Of a DNA stretch of 64,000 nt, positions 1 through 8,454 are shown one piece after another; the stretch's first letter is position 1, and each line of letters opens with the position of its first letter. The DNA comes from an uncultured delta proteobacterium (GTDB lineage Bacteria > Desulfobacterota > Syntrophia > Syntrophales > Smithellaceae), in contig CAIVQG010000055.1 of assembly GCA_903907985.1 (NCBI GenBank), forward strand, positions 2,725-66,724. Reading direction: 5' to 3'. The translations under genes and the position numbers were made by a program. The notes beneath the pieces are model-generated. The model was not told where the DNA came from and did no database searches. It saw nothing but the letters and a program-made list of their open reading frames with translations.

Positions 1-278
1 AATATCATTCCAGTTGAGAAGGCAACCGCATGGGCAAATGTTCCGACACCTAGCATTTAAGATTCGTTATTTCGAATGGTAACATTAGGTCTTACGGGTA
101 ACCGACCCTAAGTATTTGTACTCAGCCTTTCCGCTGGTTCAGCTATTTTGAAAAATAATTATTTGGATTTCCGTCTAGTTCTTCCTTGAAATAAAGTATT
201 CTGCAATTTTGGCACACATGCTTCCCTTCAAACAGTATTCCTCAGAAGACCATGTCTAATTTGTCAGGATAATCCCGC

Positions 279-308
279 TTGACACAGTTATGGGCATATG
301 ATTATAAT
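279..308 (+). promoter_or_regulatory. sigma70-type promoter of the DUF134 gene (possibly giving a leaderless transcript)
   Basis: TTGACA at 279-284, an 18-nt spacer, then TATAAT at 303-308. The ATG at 315 lies 7 nt after the -10 hexamer and has no purine-rich SD in front of it. Confidence 0.5.
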
Positions 309-314
309 GTGCCT

Positions 315-611
315 ATGAGCAGACCAAAGAAATGCCGATTCGTCAGCTGCAACCCTCGCGCATTGTATTTTAAACCACGGGGGATCCCTCTTTTTCAGTT
401 GGAGGAAACCGGTCTCAACATGGACGAGTTGGAGGCGATTCGCCTTGCCGACTGTGAAGGCATGTATCACGAAGATGCCGCAGAGAGGATGAACATTTCC
501 AGAGCAACATTTGGCAGAATTCTAAAATATGCTCGGCGTAAAGTGGCTGATGCCATTGTCAATGGCAAGGCTCTCAAGATAGAACAATCATCTGTAAAAG
601 AGGAGGAGTAA
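315..611 (+). CDS. DUF134 (UPF0251) family putative DNA-binding protein
   Basis: This lies in ORF-track frame 279..611. The N-terminus MSRPKKCRFV and the HTH-like segment EDAAERMNISRATFGRIL fit DUF134 as I recall it. I chose ATG 315 over the TTG at 279. Confidence 0.75.
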   Translation: MSRPKKCRFVSCNPRALYFKPRGIPLFQLEETGLNMDELEAIRLADCEGMYHEDAAERMNISRATFGRILKYARRKVADAIVNGKALKIEQSSVKEEE

Positions 612-612
612 C

Positions 613-987
613 ATGAAGGTGTGTTTTGCAGTTCAAAAGGATGAAGGTATGGACAGCGCCGTATATGGCCATTTTGGATCAGCGCCCGCCTTTGTGGTTG
701 TTGATACAGAGCATCAAAGCATAGATACGGTCAGCAATAAGGATATGATCCATACACATGGGGCATGCAATCCGATTATGGCTTTGGGCGGTCAGAACGT
801 AGACGCTGTCATAGTAGGAGGTATCGGTGGCGGTGCCCTCATGAAGCTGAATGCTGCCGGTATAAAGGTATATGGGTCTATGGCTGGCACAATAAAAGGG
901 AATCTAGATTTACTAATGACGAAAAGATTACCCGAGCTTTCCATGGAGAATACCTGTGCAGGTCATCAAGGGGGATGCGGTCATTAG
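613..987 (+). CDS. NifX/NifB-C-terminal-like (dinitrogenase FeMo-cofactor-binding domain) protein
   Basis: The pattern GHFGSAPAFVVVD...VDAVIVGGIGGGA...GIKVY is present. An AGGAGG SD sits at 601-606. The gene starts 1 nt after the upstream stop, and a DUF134 gene is its typical neighbour. Confidence 0.75.
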   Translation: MKVCFAVQKDEGMDSAVYGHFGSAPAFVVVDTEHQSIDTVSNKDMIHTHGACNPIMALGGQNVDAVIVGGIGGGALMKLNAAGIKVYGSMAGTIKGNLDLLMTKRLPELSMENTCAGHQGGCGH

Positions 988-1042
988 GAACGGCAGCGTG
1001 CCGCAAAAACGAATAGATATATAATACATCAGGATAGAAACA

Positions 1043-1270
1043 ATGCCGATTTACGAATACCGCTGTAAGATATGCGGAGAAGTGAGTGAATTCCTTGTGC
1101 TGAGGGACAATGACCCCATAACGTGCAGAAAATGCGGCGGAGACAACCTGGGAAAACTGATGTCTGCTCACAGTTCGCTGACGACTTCCCCAAGCAGTGA
1201 GGCACCTCTTCCCGGCGAATGCTGCGGCGCTCCCAACACCTGTGGGAGACCGGGAAGCTGCTGTTCGTAA
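1043..1270 (+). CDS. FmdB-family zinc-ribbon protein (CxxC_CxxC_SSSS) with Cys-rich tail
   Basis: It starts MPIYEYRCKICG and carries a second CRKCGG pair. The C-terminus is GECCGAPNTCGRPGSCCS. Confidence 0.75.
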   Translation: MPIYEYRCKICGEVSEFLVLRDNDPITCRKCGGDNLGKLMSAHSSLTTSPSSEAPLPGECCGAPNTCGRPGSCCS

Positions 1271-1314
1271 TACGGATACAATTCATTCTACGGAATAAAA
1301 TACTGGAGGCAGTC

Positions 1315-2340
1315 ATGTTTTATGAGGAAAAGTGCGATTTTTGCGGTGAGTGTTTAGCGAAGTGCCATTACCTCGATTTCAATGCAGAAAATGGCGGTGA
1401 GGCCTTCCGGATGCTGGTCCAGGGGGAAAAGGTCGACTGGCTCTACGATTGCGTGACCTGTATTGCCTGTAACGAATTCTGTCCCAAGAACGCCCGGCCA
1501 TTTGACCTGATCCTTAGCAAGATGGAGGAGGCGGGAGATTTCACCGACGTGGCCCTGAGAAACCAAATGGCCGACCGGTTCAAGGCGGAGGGGGAACCGA
1601 AAGCCCTAGAGCCGAAGGACCGGGTCATGTCCATTTGCGTTATGGATGGGAGCATGCCCTGGGCGATCCAGGGAAGTCTCTTCCAGGAACTGCCGCTGCT
1701 CAAGGGTCGCCATTATTTCTGCAACGTACTGTTTGCCCACATGGGGGATGAATCCATCATGAGGGACCGTCTTCAAGGACTCGTGGACAACCTGGCCAAA
1801 TCAGGGGCGAAAGAAATTGTCTTTGTTCATGACGATTGCTACGCCCTCCTCAAAGGCATGGCCCCGGAATTCGGGATCATCCTGCCCTTTCGCCCCGTCT
1901 CCATTCTCGAATACCTGGCAGATTACCTGAAGGAGCATCCGGAGCGGATCAATAAGCTCAACATGAAGGTCGCCTATCAGCGCCCCTGCGCCTCCCGCTA
2001 CACGCCGGAGAAGGATCATTACTTAGATGAGATATTCAACCTTATCGGCGTAGAGCGCGTCGCCCGCCAGTACGATGGAATCAACGCCATCTGCTGCGGC
2101 GTGGAACTGGCCGGACCGAACCTTAAACTCTTTCCCCGGGGAAAGAACTTCGAGCCCTTCCGGGACAAAAACATTCAGGACGCCAAAGACAACGGCGCGG
2201 AGGCAATGGTCTATTTATGCCCCATGTGCTACCGGACTCTGGGCAAGAAGACAAAAGGCGCGGGAATGGTCAACTACATGATCAGCGACATTTGCCGCCT
2301 GGCCATCGGTGAAACCCTGCCGGAAGACAAACCGGCATAA
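1315..2340 (+). CDS. (Fe-S)-binding protein, HdrD/GlpC/LutA-like (2x[4Fe-4S] ferredoxin domain plus CCG Cys-rich domains)
   Basis: It has the ferredoxin motifs CDFCGECLAKC and CVTCIACNEFCP, followed by CCG-type motifs (QRPCASR, AICCG, LCPMCY). ATG 1315 is preceded by GGAGG at 1305-1309. The upstream part of the track ORF (from 1219) overlaps the FmdB gene. Confidence 0.8.
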   Translation: MFYEEKCDFCGECLAKCHYLDFNAENGGEAFRMLVQGEKVDWLYDCVTCIACNEFCPKNARPFDLILSKMEEAGDFTDVALRNQMADRFKAEGEPKALEPKDRVMSICVMDGSMPWAIQGSLFQELPLLKGRHYFCNVLFAHMGDESIMRDRLQGLVDNLAKSGAKEIVFVHDDCYALLKGMAPEFGIILPFRPVSILEYLADYLKEHPERINKLNMKVAYQRPCASRYTPEKDHYLDEIFNLIGVERVARQYDGINAICCGVELAGPNLKLFPRGKNFEPFRDKNIQDAKDNGAEAMVYLCPMCYRTLGKKTKGAGMVNYMISDICRLAIGETLPEDKPA

Positions 2341-2531
2341 GGGCGGCAGCAGCTGATCAAAAGGGAACGGATTAAATCCACCCACCGATCTCAATTAACC
2401 GCAGTTCCCGAAGTTATCAAGAAGGCGGTCACGGAATGCGGACCAGGAAGAAAGGTTTGTAAGCAGCGAAGCGGAAAGGTACGTGCAAATCATGAGGCAG
2501 TAAAAGGCATCAATTTACGGAGGAAAAGCAA

Positions 2532-3491
2532 ATGATCGTGACAAATCTTAAAGCCGTCGAAAAAATTGAAATCCTCTCCTTGCAGGATAACTATATTGAG
2601 ATGACGGCCACGGACAACAGCGCAGTCGTAACCAGGGCCATCCCCTTGAAGGAGGGATATTTCCGCCAGTCGGTGCTCGCGGAGCACGGCTTTTCCGCTG
2701 TCGTGAAGACGGTTGTCAATGGAAAGACCAGCAGCCTCCTCTTCGATTTCGGTTTTTCCGAAGATGGCGCCGCCTTCAACGCCGGGATGTTGGGGGCCGA
2801 CTTATCCTCGGTGGAAGCGGTCGTCCTCTCCCATGGACATAACGATCATACCGGCGGCTTCGCCAAATTGACGGAGATGCTCGGGAAGAGAAGCATCCCC
2901 TTTGTAGTCCACCCCAAGGTCTTCTGTCATTCCCGTTACCTGAAAGTGCCCGTAAGGGATATGAAGATCCACTTCTCGCCCCTGAGCAGGAAGCAGATCG
3001 CCGCCGCAGGACTGAAACTGATCGAATCCACCTCTCCTGTCACCATCCTTGAAGATACTGTCCTCTTTCTCGGCGAGATCCCCCATAAAACCGCTTTTGA
3101 AAAAGGTTTCCCCATCGCCCATTATCAGGAGGGCGGCCAGGAAAAGTGGGATCCCATCGAAGACGACACCTCGATAGTCATGAATCTGAAAAACAGAGGG
3201 CTGGTAGTCCTCTCAGGCTGCGCCCATGCGGGGATCGTGAACACGGTAAATTACGCCCGGGAGATCACGGGAATAGACAAGGTCCACGCCGTTATGGGGG
3301 GATTTCATCTCTCGGGTATTTACTTAGAGGGTATCATCGGCGCTACAGTTGAAGAAATGAAAAAGATTAATCCCGACCACATAATTCCCTGTCACTGCAC
3401 GGGACGCAAGGCGATAATGGAATTTGAAAAGGTTATGCCGGATAAGTTCATCCTAAATATGTCCGGGACAAAGATGACCTTTGCCGCATGA
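2532..3491 (+). CDS. MBL-fold metallo-hydrolase
   Basis: It carries the HxHxDH motif (SHGHNDHTGG), with later His/Asp ligands (GCAHAG, GGFH). A GGAGG SD lies upstream. Confidence 0.8.
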   Translation: MIVTNLKAVEKIEILSLQDNYIEMTATDNSAVVTRAIPLKEGYFRQSVLAEHGFSAVVKTVVNGKTSSLLFDFGFSEDGAAFNAGMLGADLSSVEAVVLSHGHNDHTGGFAKLTEMLGKRSIPFVVHPKVFCHSRYLKVPVRDMKIHFSPLSRKQIAAAGLKLIESTSPVTILEDTVLFLGEIPHKTAFEKGFPIAHYQEGGQEKWDPIEDDTSIVMNLKNRGLVVLSGCAHAGIVNTVNYAREITGIDKVHAVMGGFHLSGIYLEGIIGATVEEMKKINPDHIIPCHCTGRKAIMEFEKVMPDKFILNMSGTKMTFAA

Positions 3492-3892
3492 TTGGCAAGG
3501 CCGATGGCTTTTGCTGATGATAAGGACGGAAGATTGCGTTAATATTGCGTAATTACAGGCATAATCGCTATAAAATACAACAATTGCTTAATTATTATAA
3601 CTACATATAATAAATATGTTTATATAGGCTATAACATAATAATCATGCAGCGGAAGATGGGTTAAAGGGAACCGGGGATTGTGAACTTGCACTAATGTGG
3701 CTGGTTGACTACATTTGCTTTCCTAAACAAAAACATTTACGCTGTATTCTTGAAATATCCCAATGGCTTTATTTTCATATATATCTTTAATATTTTATTT
3801 TAGCTGGTTGCCGGTATAGCAATTTCTTTATATCTAAAATTATTCATTGAATAAAAACAAAAGAGCTATCCCGTTCCAGGGTGTTAAATGAA

Positions 3893-3972
3893 CTACCCCG
3901 CAGCAAGCTACGGGGCATCCCAGGATCGATAATTTTTCTACGAAGCAAGCTTCGGGGAATTTGACCCTGAGA
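3893..3972. repeat. tandem pair of REP-like hairpin units in an AT-rich intergenic region
   Basis: Unit 1 is CTACCCCGCAGCAAGCTACGGGGCATCC. Unit 2 is CTACGAAGCAAGCTTCGGGGAATTT. Each contains a short stem around a conserved GCAAGC core. Confidence 0.5.
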
Positions 3973-4054
3973 TATTAATGTTATTCACTAAAATATCATG
4001 ATAAACTTATCTGCAACTCATCAAGATTAAGTTTTTTTAAAGAGGCGATTTTCA

Positions 4055-5764
4055 ATGATGAAGTCAATCAAAAGCCAGTTGCTGATACTGATATTTGCAG
4101 CCGTTCTTCCTGCCTTCGGAATTATTATTTATTCAAATTATGAGCGCCAAAGCCATGAAATAGATATGGCCAAAGATAATGCCCTGATTATGTTGCAAGG
4201 CTTGGCAAATGACCATGAAAATGACATTGAAGTCACGCGAAAATTTCTCATGACCCTTGCCAAATTACCCGCCTTGCGGAACCAGAACGCTGCCGCCTGC
4301 ACCGAACTTTTCAGGGAACTGCTCAAGGACAATACGCAATATGCCACCATATTTGCGGCAGATAGCAAGGGGATGCTTTTTGCCAACGCTTTGCCTTCCG
4401 GCAATATCAGCATAAAACAAAGGAAATACTTTCAGAATGTGCTTCGGACAAAAGATTTTTCCGCGGGAGAGTACATTATAGGACCTGTCTCCCGCAGGCC
4501 GGGGCTGCCCTTTGCCTATCCGGTAATGGATTACAGCGGTCGGGTTATCGGAGTAGTTGGCATTAGCCTTGATCTCGAAAAATATGGCAGGAATTTTACC
4601 GCCATAACACAATTCCCCAAAGGTTCTACGCTCAACCTTCTTGACCGGAACTTTATACGTCTTTACCGGTATCCTGAACAGGGAAAGTATGTAGGGGAAG
4701 CGGATTTGCCCGAGATCGCAAGGCAATTATTGTCAGGTCCGCAACAAGGATTATTTACCTCAATCGGGGTCGATGGGATCAAGCGCCTTTTCGCATATAA
4801 ACGGTTTTCCCTGAGAGATTGTTCGTCACCATATCTCTATATGCGTGTCGGCATTCCCGAGGAACATACACTCGCTCAAGCTAAAAAAACTTTTCTCCGT
4901 CACATAGTATTGCTCATCAGTTGTTTAATTGCCACCCTATTGGTAGCTTTGTTTTTGGGGAACGTTCTTATTGTCAAAAGGCTCAACAGACTCATCGATG
5001 CATTTCGGCATGTAGGGCACGGTGATTTCACAGTACGTACCGGCGTAGACCACAAGGGAGGTGAATTGGGCAAGCTCGCCCATTCCTTTGATGAGATGGC
5101 TGAAGCTTTAGAAACCAAGGAATTGGAACGCAAGCAGGCCGAAGAGGCGTTGCGTCAGAGTGAGGTTTTTTTGAATACGCTGCTCAATTCGATACCAATT
5201 CCTGTTTTCTATAAGGGCAGGGATGGACGATACACGGGGTTCAACAGAGCCTTCGAGACATTCTTCGGTGCAACTAAGGAGCAGATGATCGGTAAGACCG
5301 TATTTGACATTAATCCGCCGGAACTTGCAAAAATCTATCACACCAAAGATAATGAGCTCTTTGAGGGCGGAAGCGAGCAGCATTACGAAACTCAGGTAAA
5401 GAACTCGCTTGGTGTAACAAGGGATGTCATCTTTAACAAGGCTGTTTTCACTGACAGTCAGGGAACCGTCAGCGGGCTGATTGGTGCAATCCTTGACATC
5501 ACCGAGCGCAAACGGGCAGATGAAGAGCGTGAGAAGTATATTTCAGAACTTCAGCAAGCTATGTCGAAAATCAAGACATTAAGTGGTCTGCTTCCGATAT
5601 GTGCATCCTGTAAAAAAATTCGTGATGATAAAGGTTACTGGAATCAGATAGAATCATTTATAAGAGATCACTCGGAAGCTGAATTCAGCCATGGGATTTG
5701 TCCAGAATGCGCGAAGAAGTTGTATCCTGATATTTTTGAAAAAATTCAAAACAAAAAAGATTGA
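4055..5764 (+). CDS. membrane sensor protein: Cache-like periplasmic domain, HAMP, PAS, and a C-terminal Cys4 (CxxC...CxxC) module; no kinase, GGDEF or HD output
   Basis: Two TM segments flank about 250 aa of periplasmic sequence. A HAMP-like region (RLNRLIDAFRHVGHGDF...) follows, then a PAS domain (IPIPVFYKGRDGRYTGFNRAF...DITERKRA). The tail is LLPICASCKKIRDDKGYWNQIESFIRDHSEAEFSHGICPECAKKLYP. Confidence 0.8.
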   Translation: MMKSIKSQLLILIFAAVLPAFGIIIYSNYERQSHEIDMAKDNALIMLQGLANDHENDIEVTRKFLMTLAKLPALRNQNAAACTELFRELLKDNTQYATIFAADSKGMLFANALPSGNISIKQRKYFQNVLRTKDFSAGEYIIGPVSRRPGLPFAYPVMDYSGRVIGVVGISLDLEKYGRNFTAITQFPKGSTLNLLDRNFIRLYRYPEQGKYVGEADLPEIARQLLSGPQQGLFTSIGVDGIKRLFAYKRFSLRDCSSPYLYMRVGIPEEHTLAQAKKTFLRHIVLLISCLIATLLVALFLGNVLIVKRLNRLIDAFRHVGHGDFTVRTGVDHKGGELGKLAHSFDEMAEALETKELERKQAEEALRQSEVFLNTLLNSIPIPVFYKGRDGRYTGFNRAFETFFGATKEQMIGKTVFDINPPELAKIYHTKDNELFEGGSEQHYETQVKNSLGVTRDVIFNKAVFTDSQGTVSGLIGAILDITERKRADEEREKYISELQQAMSKIKTLSGLLPICASCKKIRDDKGYWNQIESFIRDHSEAEFSHGICPECAKKLYPDIFEKIQNKKD

Positions 5765-5847
5765 TCATTTCTAATAGTTATTGTTGTTATTCAGCGATGC
5801 AGCTTGGTGTGACTTTGTAGATGTTATGATTGTCAAATCAAGTATAG

Positions 5848-6108
5848 GTCAGGACATATTATGGCTTCCACGCAATCCGGCATTTCATTAGCAGCTACCT
5901 GCACAACGTAAAGAAGGTATCCACCAATTCGCTGATGCAACTTTTGGGACATCTGGATGAAAAGACAACTCGAATATACGTCCATTCGCTACCCTCAACT
6001 TTAAGGGATGTGGCCACCAGCATTGAGGGAGAATTTACACAAAAAAATGAAGATCCGCACAGCAAAGCCGCACAGCAAAAAGAAAAGGAGCTAACCGGAA
6101 ACGGCTAA
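5848..6108 (+). pseudogene. C-terminal remnant of a tyrosine recombinase/phage integrase (about 86 codons, no start codon or N-terminal domains)
   Basis: Frame-1 translation gives ...TYYGFHAIRHFISSYLHNVKKVSTNSLMQLLGHLDEKTTRIYVHS...*. This contains the HxxRH box and the LLGH...Y catalytic-Tyr box. The frame is closed by TAG at 5845-5847. The remnant ends 15 nt from the tRNA-Pro 3' end. Confidence 0.65.
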
Positions 6109-6122
6109 CTCCTTGATTTAAC

Positions 6123-6199
<77 letters not shown>

Positions 6200-6211
6200 T
6201 TTTCAATATAT

Positions 6212-6802
6212 TTATCTGTTTAACAATAGACTGCTTTTAAATTTAGCAACTGCCTGCCCGCGATGACTTACTTTGTTCTTGATAGAGGCCGGTAATTCCG
6301 CGGCAGTCATTTCCAGTTCCGGAATCCAGAAAATCGGATCATAACCAAAGCCATTCGAACCGCGTTTTTCATCAATTATCTGCCCCTGCCATTTACCTTC
6401 GAAAGAGTCGAAAGTCCCGTCTTTTCGATAAAGAACTAAAACACAGTGAAAGGAAGCAGTTCGTTTATCCTGAGGTATATTTTTTAATTTAGTCAGGAGT
6501 TTGGCATTGTTTTCTTCATCCGTTGCCGCAGGTCCCGCATATCGCGCAGAATAGATACCCGGTTCTCCGTTTAAAATATTTACTATTAAACCGGAGTCAT
6601 CCGCCAATACTGTCTCACCGGTAAATTCGGATATAATTCTGGCTTTCTTTAGAGCGTTTTCCAGAAAACTCTGACCGTCTTCAATAATTTCCGGAACAGC
6701 AGAATAAGCGTTTAAAGAAAATAAATCAATCCCCGTTTCCGACAGCATTGACTTGACTTCTTTTACTTTCCCCCCATTTCCGGATGCAAAAACAATTTTC
6801 AT
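6212..6802 (-). CDS. rdgB: dITP/XTP pyrophosphatase (RdgB/HAM1 family)
   Basis: Motifs [22 protein letters not shown] and KNKVSHRG are present. ATG 6802 overlaps the rph stop (ATGA), so I preferred it to the TTG at 6811. Confidence 0.85.
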   Translation of the reverse strand: MKIVFASGNGGKVKEVKSMLSETGIDLFSLNAYSAVPEIIEDGQSFLENALKKARIISEFTGETVLADDSGLIVNILNGEPGIYSARYAGPAATDEENNAKLLTKLKNIPQDKRTASFHCVLVLYRKDGTFDSFEGKWQGQIIDEKRGSNGFGYDPIFWIPELEMTAAELPASIKNKVSHRGQAVAKFKSSLLLNR

Positions 6803-7527
6803 AACTGCCAATTCCCTGTAACCTCTTTTTGTTTGGCGGTTATTTTTTTTATGCTCCCGACAGCAAGTTTGGTCATTTTATCTAATTGCTCTTTATTGAA
6901 TGGCAGATGTTCAGCAGTGCCCTGAACTTCGATAAACAGGCCGGAACCGGTCATGACAAAATTCATATCAACTTCTGCCTTCGAATCTTCTTCATATTCC
7001 AGATCAATTATAACTTCATTATCCACTATACCTACACTTATTGCCGACACATAATCGCTTACGGGAATTTTTTCAACGATACCATCTTGTTTCATCTTTT
7101 TGAATAAATCCACAAGCGCTACAAATGCTCCGGTAATTGATGCTGTCCTCGTTCCCCCGTCAGCTTGAATAACGTCGCAATCGATATAAATCGTTTTTTC
7201 ACCAAAGACAGTTAAATCAGTTACTGCCCGGAGAGATCTTCCGATCAGCCGCTGGATTTCGTGAGTCCGGCCACCCTGGCGGCCGCGCGAAGCTTCCCGT
7301 GCTGTTCTTGTCTGCGTGGCCATCGGCAACATCGAGTATTCAGCCGTTAACCAGCCTTTACCGGTATTCCTCAAGAAGGGCGCCGTTTTCTCATCGAGCG
7401 CCGCTGTGCAAATAACTTTCGTATTGCCGAATTCAACAAGAACAGAAGCTGTATGTTGCAAATAGTTATTAGTAATTTTAATGGGCCTCAGTTCATCCCA
7501 CGCTCGATCATGATTTCTTTTAATCAC
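6799..7527 (-). CDS. rph: ribonuclease PH
   Basis: Motifs RPIKIT..., [33 protein letters not shown] and [19 protein letters not shown] are present. Confidence 0.9.
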   Translation of the reverse strand: MIKRNHDRAWDELRPIKITNNYLQHTASVLVEFGNTKVICTAALDEKTAPFLRNTGKGWLTAEYSMLPMATQTRTAREASRGRQGGRTHEIQRLIGRSLRAVTDLTVFGEKTIYIDCDVIQADGGTRTASITGAFVALVDLFKKMKQDGIVEKIPVSDYVSAISVGIVDNEVIIDLEYEEDSKAEVDMNFVMTGSGLFIEVQGTAEHLPFNKEQLDKMTKLAVGSIKKITAKQKEVTGNWQL

Positions 7528-7535
7528 CGCACCAC

Positions 7536-8228
7536 CTAAAAAAATATTTTAATGCCTCGGGCCAGAGTTTTGGCAATTTCGGATTGACCACTTGTGGAAA
7601 GTAGCTTCTTTCTTTCCTCAGGATTTGTGCCAAAGCCAATCTCCACGACTACCGCCGGAATATTTATTCCTTCTAGAATCGGAGTTTCGGCTTCCCTTAA
7701 TCCCCGTCCTTTCCGGGGAAATAAAGAATCAAGATTTTTCTGGATAATCTGAGCAAGCCGTACAGAATCGTTGAGATATTTATTCCTTGCATCTTTCTGT
7801 CCATCTTTGACCTGCTTTTTTTGATCAGTTATGTCCTTAAAACCAGGGTAATAGATTTCAAATCCTGTTGAACTCTTGCCAAAACCGGCATTAATGTGGA
7901 GACTTAAAAACACATCCGGCTTGATTTTAGAAATATTTTTTCTGCGTTCTTCAAAACTTATTTCTTTATCCGCATTGCGCGTTAAAACAATTTCCAGATG
8001 GCCCTCTTTTGCCAGTTCTTTTTGCAAGGCCAGCGCGATAGCCAGAGTAATATCCTTTTCTCCAACTTTATCGGTAATTTTTACACCGGTGTCCTGGCCG
8101 CCGTGGGCCGGATCGATCATCACCAGATGTTTCTTTTCCGCCGCCGATAAATACGGAACCCCAAAGACGATGACAAAAAGGAGCAGTAATCCAGAAATAA
8201 GAAATAGTTTTCTTGTTTTACGGAGCAT
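7536..8228 (-). CDS. N-acetylmuramoyl-L-alanine amidase (Amidase_3), secreted
   Basis: It has an N-terminal signal/TM segment, followed by [17 protein letters not shown] and [10 protein letters not shown]. Confidence 0.8.
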   Translation of the reverse strand: MLRKTRKLFLISGLLLLFVIVFGVPYLSAAEKKHLVMIDPAHGGQDTGVKITDKVGEKDITLAIALALQKELAKEGHLEIVLTRNADKEISFEERRKNISKIKPDVFLSLHINAGFGKSSTGFEIYYPGFKDITDQKKQVKDGQKDARNKYLNDSVRLAQIIQKNLDSLFPRKGRGLREAETPILEGINIPAVVVEIGFGTNPEERKKLLSTSGQSEIAKTLARGIKIFF

Positions 8229-8427
8229 TATTTCACCTGATTTAAGTTTGCGCTTGCTTAGGAGCCGTTACGAAACAACCATTACATTTCTAACCACCCC
8301 TGCGGGTCTTGTGACCTTCAGGTTATGGCAAGACCATTTCGTTACGGATCCTTATGCCTTTCTCAGCATTTATTTGGCTAAGCGATTTTTGCTAAACGGC
8401 TTATAGCAAACTGTCTATGTTTGTCAA
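8229..8427 (-). promoter_or_regulatory. candidate promoter plus structured 5' leader of the amidase gene
   Basis: On the minus strand, TTGACA (8427-8422) is followed by a 16-nt spacer and TATAAG (8405-8400). Downstream there are nested helices: 8265-8275 pairs with 8337-8347 (10 of 11 bp), and 8305-8311 pairs with 8329-8335 (7 of 7 bp). A closing GCTTAG/CTAAGC pairing also exists. Confidence 0.3.
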
Positions 8428-8454
8428 CATCCAAATAATTATAATGATTAATTT

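Noticed and set aside
1-60. An open frame-1 reading (NIIPVEKATAWANVPTPSI*) at the window edge that could be the 3' end of an upstream gene.
   Set aside because: With only 19 codons and no recognisable motif, it cannot be supported as a feature.
223-238. A TGGCAC...GC string (ttttggcacacatgcttcc) resembling a sigma-54 -24/-12 promoter upstream of the DUF134 gene.
   Set aside because: The GG-to-GC spacing is about 3 nt too short for the strict TGGCAC-N5-TTGC geometry. Similar near-misses at about 3708, 3811 and 56339 also have the wrong spacing.
3946-3972. A possible attachment-site repeat of the tRNA-Pro 3' end (ggggaatttgaccctgag versus gaggatttgaacctccgac) that would delimit an island 3946-6199.
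   Set aside because: The similarity is short and gapped, with no exact run of 8 nt or more, and the segment belongs to the REP-like hairpin unit. This is not adequate evidence for an att site.
8229-8393. Assignment of the amidase leader to the c-di-AMP (ydaO) riboswitch class.
   Set aside because: Only scattered short strings resemble the consensus. The conserved GGGGA/CCCA and CAGCUAACCUCGUAAGCG cores are not present in order. I kept it only as an unclassified structured-leader candidate.
7876-8406. A 176-aa plus-strand ORF spanning the amidase gene antisense and the 8229-8454 spacer.
   Set aside because: It is antisense to a well-supported Amidase_3 gene, and its 3' part reads through the hairpin region. 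I interpret the spacer as non-coding instead.
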